This document shows positions 1 through 8,560 of a stretch of 15,178 nucleotides of DNA, one piece after another; position 1 is the first letter of the stretch, and the number at the start of each line of letters is the position of its first letter. Location of the stretch: NCBI GenBank assembly GCA_043228905.1, contig JBHGNT010000812.1, positions 1 to 15,178 of the forward strand, in the 5' to 3' direction. Made by a program: the position numbers and the translations under genes. The notes under the pieces were generated by a model. It searched no databases and was not told the DNA's origin. It saw only the letters and a program-made list of their open reading frames with translations. The DNA is from Azolla caroliniana (lineage: Eukaryota; Plantae; Polypodiophyta).

Positions 1-228
1 GTCAATATCAAAGAAGGATGCCACCAAAAGAGAAAAAATCTCAAAGGATCACAAGAAGAAAAAGGATGGAAATGATGATATTTTTTATGCACGTCCAAGT
101 AGAAGATTTGCGAAAATTGATAATAGTGTGCTTTCTCTTGTTGCTGAAGATGGAACTGAAGAGAGTGCAGACTTAAAAGGATGCAGCATTCATGCTGTTT
201 CTGCAGGGAAGGAGGCCTCAAGAAAATG
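1..228 (+). CDS. TEX2: TEX2/Nvj2-like PH+SMP protein, first visible exon (5'-partial, N-terminal half of the PH domain)
   Basis: The frame from nt 2 is open: ...YARPSRRFAKIDNSVLSLVAEDGTEESADLKGCSIHAVSAGKEASRK-W. It ends at the donor TG|GTATAT (229), and the split Trp codon is completed by the G at 518. It resembles plant TEX2-like proteins (LKGCSI.AVS....RKWAK.. motif, recalled and not searched). Confidence 0.85.
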
Positions 229-517
229 GTATATGGTACTCTCATTCCCTACATCATGATGATGTGTGGTTTGAATATATAGTCTTACTGTACTCTTCTC
301 TGTGAAAACTATCATGATAATTGTTGACATGATCATGAGAAAAGTGGTTTCTTTCTCTTCCATGTCTTTCTATGTGGAATTCGGAGGATTGAAACCAAAC
401 ATTCTTTTTGTTTTTGGAAACTTGCTTTTTTCTCTCTTTTGATTACTTTTTGTATACAGAGTTCAATTTGTGATTTCTGTAAGCCAACATTGTTTCTTTT
501 TCTTTGCATTATTGAAG

Positions 518-1217
518 GGCTAAGAAGTACCCTATCCAAATCGAATGTTTCAATCAGCAGATATTTTTAGGAAGTTCTCTATGTTTGCTGTATTTTGAAA
601 CAACATGGGAAAAGGAGACATGGTGTCAGGTTCTTCGTGCAGCCTCCCGATGGACAACAGAAAAAGAAGATTGGTATATTACATGCAAAAGAGAGTTCCA
701 TGAGTATGCTTTGCAACTGGACAAAGCGTATCCATCTTTCTCCAAGCTCACCCAAAACAAAGACGAAAATCTAGAGCTTAAAAACAATGCAAGTCCGGAA
801 AATGTCGAGGGAACTGGGAATTTATCTAGGAGGCAGCGCCTCTGGAGAAAAATTGCGAAGAAAGGATCATGGAAAGGAGTTGGAGCCATTCAAAAAGAAA
901 ACAGTGGGTCTAGGGATGTAAAAATCAAGTTATTGGAATCTACTTCTATATCTGAAGACTTGGATCACCAATCCTCATTAGGTTCTCAATCCGTAATAGA
1001 GACTTCCTCAAAGCATGGTATTGTGGGTTCTGATAACTTAATTCAAGTATTTGAAAAATCTGATGGATCAAAGTTTTTAGAGCAAATCGATTCTCATGAA
1101 TCAGGTGTACTTGCTCTTGACCAAGGGGCAATTTGCTGGAATATACTATGTTCAAGGTTGTTCTTTGATGCCTATCAAAGTAAACAGTTTCGAGAATTGT
1201 GCCTTAGACTAGTTCAG
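518..1217 (+). CDS. TEX2: TEX2-like gene, exon 2 of window (PH C-terminal half, linker, start of SMP domain)
   Basis: Acceptor ttgaag|G at 517/518 follows a pyrimidine tract. Translation is WAKKYPIQIE...LYFETTWEKETWCQVLRAAS...DQGAICWNILCSRLFFD...LRLVQ. It ends in phase 0 at CAG|GCAAGT (GC donor). Confidence 0.88.
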
Positions 1218-1306
1218 GCAAGTTCAATATTAATAACATGACATTTTCCCATGCTGAAAATGATAATTGATGCCAGTCTCTAATGCATGTTCTTACTATC
1301 TTGCAG
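1218..1306 (+). other. 89-bp GC-AG (non-canonical donor) intron
   Basis: CAG|GCAAGT ... TTGCAG|AAG. Splicing here joins LRLVQ to KQLSKI in frame and removes the in-frame stop at 1239-1241. Confidence 0.8.
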
Positions 1307-1598
1307 AAGCAGCTTTCAAAGATTATCACTCCAACATACATGGGAAAAATAAACTGTGCAGATCTAGACCTTGGAACACAGCCACCATATTTTCAGAGTT
1401 TCCATGTTCTTCCGAAAGATTCTGGATTTATCTGGTCTTTTGATTCAGCCATAGAGTATTTTGGTGGTGCAGTTATTAAAATAGAGACAAACATAAATGC
1501 ACATGATTTTATGTCACAAGAAAGTGCTGAAAATCACAGCATTGAGCAAACATTATCCGATGAAGATATATTTATGGGTTTTGACAGTATCCAAAAAA
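1307..1598 (+). CDS. TEX2: TEX2-like gene, exon 3 of window (SMP domain)
   Basis: Acceptor ttgcag| at 1306. Translation is KQLSKIITPTYMGKINCADLDLGTQPPYF...IEYFGGAVIKIET, typical of SMP domains. The probable donor is AA|GTACGT at 1599 (phase 1, compatible with the next exon). Confidence 0.82.
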
Positions 1599-2524
1599 GT
1601 ACGTATGGATTCTCACTTGCAACTGTTATAGGATTATTTAAAGATCTAATATTTAATTTTACATCACTAAAATAGTACAAATGACCCCATTTCCCTCATT
1701 TGTAAGGCTGTTGCCACCTCTTACTGATTGTTCTCTATGTATGTATCTGTTTCAAGTATACACTCTTTTAAGTTTAATGACGGGATCATGTATCCTTAGG
1801 ATTTGTTTCACTACGATGGTTTACTAAACCCTTGTTTGAGATTAGATGGCATATTTTAGGGGTAACATTGATGATGGTTTTGCACGTGCCACAATGAGAT
1901 ATTTTTTATTTGATTTGATGTGATTTTGTCCTTATGTCTGGCTGTCAAATGTCTGTTGTTTCCCAAAACTCCATGTACATGGTTTTCTTACTGGAGGGTA
2001 TGGTTTTTTCTGGTAAGCTACAGAAAGAGAAGCCAAATATAAAGAAAGTAGTAATGGATAGCAGAGCAGGAGGGAAAAAATAATAAGATGAGCAAAAAAG
2101 TGAGTAGAATTATGCAGTGGATGCAGGCTGCAGAAGCAACAGATTGACAGGAAGACGAGAGATATTAGAGAGTGTTGTGCTATCAAATGATACATCTCAT
2201 ACAATCCATACATATGTTGAACGTTGTGTATGTACGTACTTACATTTGTGTGTATGCGTAAATACATATGTATTATATCACATCATATGTTTAAATACAT
2301 ATGTAGTACATCATAACATGTGCTTTCAAGAAAAAAAAATACAAATTGTTTCCAGAAGAAATATGTTTGCAACTCATTTCAGCATGTTATTAAACTATTA
2401 TGGACTTGCAAATGCTTATATATGTAACAAAAACAGTAGATATTGACTGTAACTAAAGAAATTTGAGTTATAGTTCACCCAATCATTATTTAACAAAAAT
2501 TAGAAGGCTGGCTTGATTCATCCA

Positions 2525-2616
2525 TAAACCCTTCATTTCTAAATTTCATTCTGTAACACCTTCAATTGGAACTCTTGACATTGCTGAAATTTAGAAATTT
2601 AGAAATGGAGGGTTTA
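2525..2616. repeat. Intronic inverted repeat with 23-bp arms
   Basis: 2525-2547 (taaacccttcatttctaaatttc) matches the reverse complement of 2594-2616 at 22 of 23 positions, with a 46-nt loop. Confidence 0.85.
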
Positions 2617-2664
2617 CAGGATATATCTGCCTATGTACAATAATTCTCATTAAGATGTGTTTTT

Positions 2665-2683
2665 GAGAGAGAGAGAGAGAGAG
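2665..2683. repeat. (GA)9 microsatellite next to a splice acceptor
   Basis: Read directly from the sequence. Confidence 0.95.
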
Positions 2684-2697
2684 GCGTGTTCATGCAG

Positions 2698-2798
2698 GAA
2701 ATGCAAAGGATAACAAGATCAGTAGCAACACCACAGCACAATCATCAAAAGGAGGCTGGAGAGCTGTCCTTACACGGGTTGCTGACCAAGTTTCTATG
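2698..2798 (+). CDS. TEX2: TEX2-like gene, exon 4 of window (not in ORF track)
   Basis: catgcag|GA AAT GCA... gives NAKDNKISSNTTAQSSKGGWRAVLTRVADQVSM, with donor ATG|GTAACA at 2799. It is phase 1 in and phase 0 out, and joins VPITLSLRL as expected for the family (W......QVS.VP.L..R). Confidence 0.8.
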
Positions 2799-3260
2799 GT
2801 AACATTCTAAGGTTACAAAAAACATCTTGTAAGGGTTTTCATATTGCTACAGTTTTTACTGTAGTTGTAGTAGCTGTAGTTTTGATTATCGCAGGTTTGT
2901 TTCTGTACGCTGTACGTCTACAGTCATATTCTACATACATAGGGTTTAAACCAGGCAGTCCTTTGGAGAAAACTGCATGACTTTAAATCATTGACAAGTT
3001 TGGCCATTTAACTATCTCATGTCAAAAATAATGGAAAAAACTTGGTTTTTCCCAAACCTTTTCCTTTTTTCTGACCCAGAGGATAATGATGGTTTTTTCA
3101 TGGTCTGATCATTCTTCAGATGATGAATATATGTTATCATATGTTATACATCTACTATCCATGAGGCATGAGATAATTAATGTGGTTATTTAATTTATAT
3201 GTTATCATATAATGTTCCTGTTTCTGCAACCTAATGCACACATATGTCTCTTTTGTCTAG

Positions 3261-3455
3261 GTACCTATAACCCTATCTTTGAGACTTGTATCCTTCAAAG
3301 GCACAGTACGTGTGCGGATAAAGCCACCACCAACAGATAGTATATGGTTTGGATTTACATCAATGCCTTCAATCGATCTACAGCCTGAACCATCAATTGG
3401 AGACCACAGGATCACAACAGGACCATTTGTCACATTCATTACGAATAAAATCAAG
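3261..3455 (+). CDS. TEX2: TEX2-like gene, exon 5 of window (SMP C-terminal half)
   Basis: Acceptor ttttgtctag|. The 65 codons read VPITLSLRLVSFKGTVRVRIKPPPTDSIWFGFTSMPSIDL...NKIK, including the family hallmark KPPP.D.IWFGF..MP. Donor is AAG|GTTAGT. Confidence 0.92.
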
Positions 3456-4341
3456 GTTAGTTTCAAGCCAGATATTGTTGTTCATTATCAAAACCAAGAA
3501 TAATCTGATTCTTATTCCTTTTACTGGCGCTGAAGTCCAAGTTCAAGTTTTACAACAGGCCGATGGATTGATACTCACCATTTGTATAGCAAGAATATGG
3601 ACATGACCATTGTGGTTGGTCACTTGTTAATGGAGGCTCAAGATTTATGTAATGTTTTTAAATGGAAACTGAAAACATATATTTCAAGGAATTCTGATAT
3701 ATCATGAATCATATCCTATGGTGCTATGTCCAGTTCTAGAAGAGGGGCCCTTGCTTAATACGACAAATATGCCCATGGCCAGTGTGTCTGGTCAATTGTA
3801 AATGGAGGCCGAGCTTCACTTACGACATGATAACCACCACTAGCTAGAGAGCTGAGACTAGGTAGGATAGCACAATATCATCCCTATGTCCATACCGTTG
3901 GCTTCCATGGTCGTTAACCTTTCTTTCTCTGTATTCATGAACGAAATTTTTCTGTCTTGTTAAACTTTAGGTATATTATGTGTGTCCATACTGCATAGAT
4001 GCGCCCCCTAGGTATCTTTGGTGCAAATTTGCAATGGTTAATAGTTGGATTTATGATATTGCAATTGTCAAAATTTAAGGATTGCCCTCTCTTTATGCAC
4101 ATTTGGAGTGTTTGGGTAAGATAAAATAAAATGCGCTCAAAATAAAAACTTATTACTGTGTCCTCTGCCCTTATGAGGACTCTTCACAACACTTCATTAA
4201 GTTTTGCCCTTAGAGGAGATAAAAATTTTGTGTATATACATAAAGCATGAAGGTAGCAGAAACTGCATGGCAAAGGCAGTTTTCTTTTTGTGTCTTCTTT
4301 CATTTATATCCTTTTTCTAACAATAATGTGAAAAACTACAG

Positions 4342-5040
4342 ACTCTTATTCAAGACACATATGTGCTACCAAATTGTGAAGGTATTTGGGTTCCATGGAT
4401 GATTTCCGAGACAAATGATTGGGTTCCACAGGCAGATATGCCAGCACCTTGGAGTTCACAGACAGACATTTCATCACCTGACTACTCCTTGCCTCGTGAA
4501 GAGATTAAAGATACAACTCTGATAAGAACTCCAACAGCATCATCAAATGATGTAACTATATTGAAGCAAATCTCATGCAATGATGATACGTTATTGAAGC
4601 ATGCTCCATCAACAGAAGGAATTTCATTCAGTGATGATGCCGTATTGAAGGATCCTGAGGTAATTTCATGCAATGATTCGTTAGAAAAGGATGCTTCATC
4701 AAAAGAGACAGTTTCATACAATGATGCAATATTAAAGGATGCTCTATCGGGGGGGAAACTAATGACATTATCAGATGAACTCAATGCACCACTTCTTGAG
4801 ACATCAAAATCATTATCTGAGTCTGAGTCAGGGAGCCCAGCTAGAAGTGAATCATCCTCATCCATCAAGAGCTCAACTATCGATGATAAGGGAAATCGAT
4901 CATCGAGGCGTGCTAAAGTGCTGAATTTAGGGAAGAAAGTTACTGGGAAGTTAGACGAGAAGAGACGAATGGTTGTTGAAAAGATGCGTGAAGGGTTGGA
5001 AAAGTACGAAAATTCTGTAAAAGCAGCTCGAGAAGATTAG
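4342..5040 (+). CDS. TEX2: TEX2-like gene, last coding exon
   Basis: Acceptor ctacag|. Translation is TLIQDTYVLPNCEGIWVPWMISETNDWVP, then a low-complexity tail, then the basic C-terminus RRAKVLNLGKKVTGKLDEKRRMVVEKMR. Stop is TAG at 5038-5040. Confidence 0.9.
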   Translation, partial: TLIQDTYVLPNCEGIWVPWMISETNDWVPQADMPAPWSSQTDISSPDYSLPREEIKDTTLIRTPTASSNDVTILKQISCNDDTLLKHAPSTEGISFSDDAVLKDPEVISCNDSLEKDASSKETVSYNDAILKDALSGGKLMTLSDELNAPLLETSKSLSESESGSPARSESSSSIKSSTIDDKGNRSSRRAKVLNLGKKVTGKLDEKRRMVVEKMREGLEKYENSVKAARED

Positions 5041-5453
5041 TAGTACCAGTAAAGAGGAAGCCCTTATGCTCTAAAGGAGAAGTATAAATGTACCACTCGC
5101 AAATATGGATTATTTGTACCTGTATTGCCAACAACGGACAATCCCCATATCTCCGAGGGCAGTTTTTGAAGAGTACGCAAGAACTCCGAAGAAGGTCACC
5201 TCCCTTCACTCTCCCTCTCGCCCATTTTCTTTTTACGAAAGGAAAAGATGAACTTTGTCATATTGTGAATATGGTAATGCATGTAACGCTCTATTCTTTT
5301 AAATCCCATTAATAGGAATTAACCAAATTGTTGATGAATTCATCATACATATACAAAGTTTGAAGTGGTGAAATCAAGCTACATAATCCTTGCACAAGAT
5401 GTGTTGGTTTCCAACTTCACTTATTTTATATTGCCAAAACAAGGATGATTATA

Positions 5454-5479
5454 GGGAGGGAGGGAGGGAGGGAGGGGGG
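5454..5479 (+). repeat. (GGGA)5-G6 tract with G-quadruplex potential
   Basis: gggagggagggagggagggagggggg is read directly from the sequence. Confidence 0.9.
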
Positions 5480-5672
5480 TTAGGTAATATAAGAAAAGAG
5501 TGATAATGTAAGTTGTGCTTTTAAATCTTTTGATGTTTAATGGGATAGTGTAACATGGAAATTTAATATATTTTTCAAACATATCCCTACATGCTCTAGA
5601 AGCTAGTGGTAGTATTGACAATTTTTTGCTACCAATCATTCGGCTCCTTGCCTTGTTGTAGCGTTAGTCGTG

Positions 5673-5851
5673 AGTCATGATTAAATAATATTTGTGTCAT
5701 CATGTTACACTTTTGATTATATTAGATACTCGGTTAATAGAATGCCACATGTGTGATATCCATGAGAATACTATTTAGTCATGACTAAATTAATATTTGT
5801 GTCATTGTGTTACACTTTTAATTATATTCGATACTCGGTTAATAGAATGCC
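5673..5851. repeat. Two ~75-bp direct repeats (5673-5746 and 5777-5851)
   Basis: agtcatga.taaa..aatatttgtgtcat..tgttacactttt.attatatt.gatactcggttaatagaatgcc occurs twice with a few mismatches. Confidence 0.92.
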
Positions 5852-5861
5852 TTGTCAAGGT

Positions 5862-5916
5862 ATTTTGTATTGAGTCGAGCCTTGTTTATACATTTTGTTA
5901 TTGAGTCAAGCCTTGT
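5862..5916. repeat. Two ~24-bp direct repeats with a 30-bp period
   Basis: attttgtattgagtcgagccttgt and attttgttattgagtcaagccttgt. Confidence 0.85.
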
Positions 5917-6455
5917 GAAGCAATTTGCAAATGCTTTTAGACCAACAATGTCCTCACAACTCCTTAATGCAGTAGCATACACTAGGTATTACTAATGTAC
6001 ACAAGGGATGATTATAAGACTCCTAAACTTGTTTAACCCAAGATATGTGGTGTTTTCCTTGACTCAAGGGCTACTTTTGACATTACCTTGAAGATGATAG
6101 GCTTTATTTGGTTTGATACTATACTTATTAATAATTGACTTTATCAAGCATGAGAAATATAATCTTTCGCCAATTAGAATTATGTGTTTAGTCCTCATCC
6201 ATATATAAAGTTCTCTTAGTAAAAGTGCTCTTCTTGTGCACAAAATAAAAAATAAAATTGTCCCAACCTTGATTTTCTTTGTGCGTCATGTTCCCAAGTT
6301 TCAATAAGAATTGTGGTATTTGATACATCGTTCAACTCCTCAATGCTAAATCCCCCTTTTTATGTGTGTCCATTGCAATTCTAAAAACATAGTCGTAGCC
6401 CCATAGCCATGGGTTAGTGTCCCTATTTTCCTCTTTTTCCATTGTTACACACATC

Positions 6456-7205
6456 CTAAACCTTACTTTTCCATTTTTCTTCATATACATTACAACGGAC
6501 ATTTAATTGTGACATGATATGATATTCACACACAATGAATTGTGTACTTTTGAGATACATCCAACTATTTTCGAACATGATCCTCATTACCATTGTGCAT
6601 ATAGTAGGCCTTCTTTCCAAATGTGTAGCACCTTGTTGTGTCCCATACACATTCATACCTGACATGCCACAATGCATACCAAAGAATCCAAGAGATGTAG
6701 GAATTTTTGTGGTTTTCTCTTTGATCCAATGTACGAGAAAGTTCTTCGATTGTCATTCACATATTTCCAATTCTTGGGCAACTATACTTTCCACATTCTT
6801 TTCATAAAACACCACATGCATGATAGGTGAATTAGAAATAATATCGTTGCTGCATACTTTCTTTAATTCATCCACATCCCAACTCGTTGTGTCCATTATT
6901 CCCTCCTTTAATGCTTCATGCAACTTAATCTTGTTCAAACGCTCATTTGTTTTGAACAAAGCTTTCTTGCTTACATTCTCTAGTCTCAATTTTGAGTTCT
7001 ACATTTTTTAAGACTCTCATTCTCAATGTAATTTCACATTCTCCCTCATGAGTGCCCTAATATCTTCACTCGCTCGTTTATTACATTTCAAGCAATGTTT
7101 CCATTGTGGTTGAATTTGTTGCATTGTCATCAAGAATCTTTGTTGTTTTGGCTCATTATTGGTCATACTCTTGAACTATGTGGTTCCATTGCGAGTGTTT
7201 GCCAT
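6456..7205 (-). pseudogene. Decayed ORF of unknown function, probably TE-derived
   Basis: The ATG at 7205 and the track ORFs 6753-6989 and 6456-6677 all share one frame. It reads MANTRNGTT*FKSM...HCLKCNKRASEDIRALMRENVKLH*E*ES*KM*NSKLRLENV...ELEICE*QSKNFLVHW...GFFGMHCGMSG.... I do not recognise a family. Confidence 0.45.
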
Positions 7206-7501
7206 TGTGTGACCTAACCCTACAAAAAGTATAGTTATGAAATTTGTGTAGATTTAGTTGAGCACAAATTTTTTCTTCCGAAAACATATTGTAGGTCTTG
7301 TCAATCACCGTAATTCAGGTCATAAAAATTGGGCCTCGTATAATCAAGTTTTGGCTAAAATAACGAGACAATAAACATAGAGAATAACATGGTATAATAA
7401 ACAATATTTTTTATCAACCATGAGGATGTCAAATTTGACCTATGGGACCCAATAAACATATCATCTTGTAGGTGACTCCTTCTTGAGGGGATATTACTAC
7501 T

Positions 7502-7780
7502 CTATAATAAAAACCCTCCAAGTGAAAATAATGCATATGTGCTCCCCCTTCTTACTAGGGATGTGAGTATGACACTTAAATTATCTTGTCCATCGAATAA
7601 GTCATCATACTTCTCGCATATTACCTCGTACATTGAGCATGAGGGAAGTAAGTGATACTCATCCCCCACTAGTTTTTCATTGCAACCTTTCATGTCTTCT
7701 TTCTATTGTGACAATTCCACGATGCTAACTCAACACCTACCTTAGAGAAGTGTTAAGACTATCCAAGAACCAAGGCTAAT
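7502..7780 (-). mobile_element. Degenerate 3'-end fragment of a non-LTR retrotransposon (LINE ORF2 C-terminal Cys/His finger)
   Basis: C..KLVGDEYHLLPSCSMYEVICEKYDDLF fits the C....(E/G)DE.H....C..Y..IR..Y pattern of LINE ORF2 C-termini. It resembles the fragment at 14002-14323. Boundaries are approximate. Confidence 0.55.
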
Positions 7781-7845
7781 AGCGGTTTATACGATGTGGT
7801 TGGATATATTCTAGCACTTTCAGTTGTATTGGGGACAACGTTGGA

Positions 7846-7849
<4 letters not shown>

Positions 7850-7885
<36 letters not shown>
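7850..7885. repeat. (GA)18 microsatellite
   Basis: Read directly from the sequence. Confidence 0.95.
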
Positions 7886-7887
<2 letters not shown>

Positions 7888-7909
7888 CTATTATCATCTT
7901 CAAATGTCA

Positions 7910-7914
7910 AATAT
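7910..7914. repeat. Target-site duplication AATAT (left copy)
   Basis: An identical 5-mer immediately flanks both outer LTR ends. Confidence 0.95.
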
Positions 7915-8548
7915 TGTTAGAAATTGACGCCTTCAAAACCTTCACCTCTCGGCCACAACCGAGGAAACACGAGTCAATGCAGCAGTAAATCGAAAATACA
8001 GAGAGAGACTCGAATGCACAGGGTTTAGCGTGGAAAACCCTAGACGGGAAAAACCACGGGAGTGCAAGACTCCAACTATCACTATACGCAGGGAATGTAC
8101 AATGGCGAGCTGCAAGGCGACAACCTTGAGCTCGCTGTCCTCGCCACAGGCGGCGGTATTACACAGAGGCGTCGACCTCTTCCTTTCTCTCTCTCTCACT
8201 CTCTCTCTCGGCTGCTCTCACTTCGCTCCCTCTAAGTGGAAAACAGAAAAATGAGCAACAACAACAAAACTGTTTGCCCTAAGTCATATTTATACACATA
8301 TGACTTTCGGGCTATTTACAAATATAGCCTAGAGGGCCCTTGGCAAACATATTCACAAATATGTCCCCGCATCCGGATCTCTCTCCGGGTACATTCGTCA
8401 TCCGGCTCCGTAGCCGGGGTCTTCATCATCCGGATCCGAAACCGGGTCTTCATCATCCGGTTTCGATACCGGGTACTCCTCATTCGGGTCTTCATTCCCG
8501 ATTCCCGGACATCTGACCATCCCATCCGGAGGGACCGTAATCCCAACA
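7915..8548 (-). repeat. 3' LTR (634 bp)
   Basis: Runs tgttag...cccaaca, matches 12664-13297 at offset 4749, and is adjacent to the PPT. Confidence 0.97.
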
Positions 8549-8550
8549 AA

Positions 8551-8560
8551 CTCCCCCTTC
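8551..8560 (-). promoter_or_regulatory. Polypurine tract
   Basis: Minus-strand GAAGGGGGAG lies 2 nt before the TG of the 3' LTR and overlaps the pol stop codon. Confidence 0.92.

Noticed and set aside
2200-2322. Repeated atacatatgt units
   Set aside because: This is ordinary AT-rich, low-complexity intron sequence.
2020-2446. Possible extra exon in intron 3 (AG at 2022, GTGAGT at 2100, ORF 2117-2446)
   Set aside because: Segment 2023-2099 has stops in all three frames. Exons 1307-1598 and 2698-2798 already join in phase. An alternative exon cannot be excluded without RNA-seq.
626-5312. Antisense and short ORFs over the host gene (e.g. 4482-4868, 4940-5209)
   Set aside because: They are explained as shadows of the real exons or as chance intronic or UTR ORFs.
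6330-6400. Possible HxD motif suggesting a TET/JBP dioxygenase in the decayed ORF
   Set aside because: It needs both a stop repair and a frameshift, and I found no convincing second His or Arg motif.
8385-8498. CRISPR-like appearance of the 27-29-bp repeats
   Set aside because: There are no unique spacers and no cas genes, and the context is a eukaryotic LTR.
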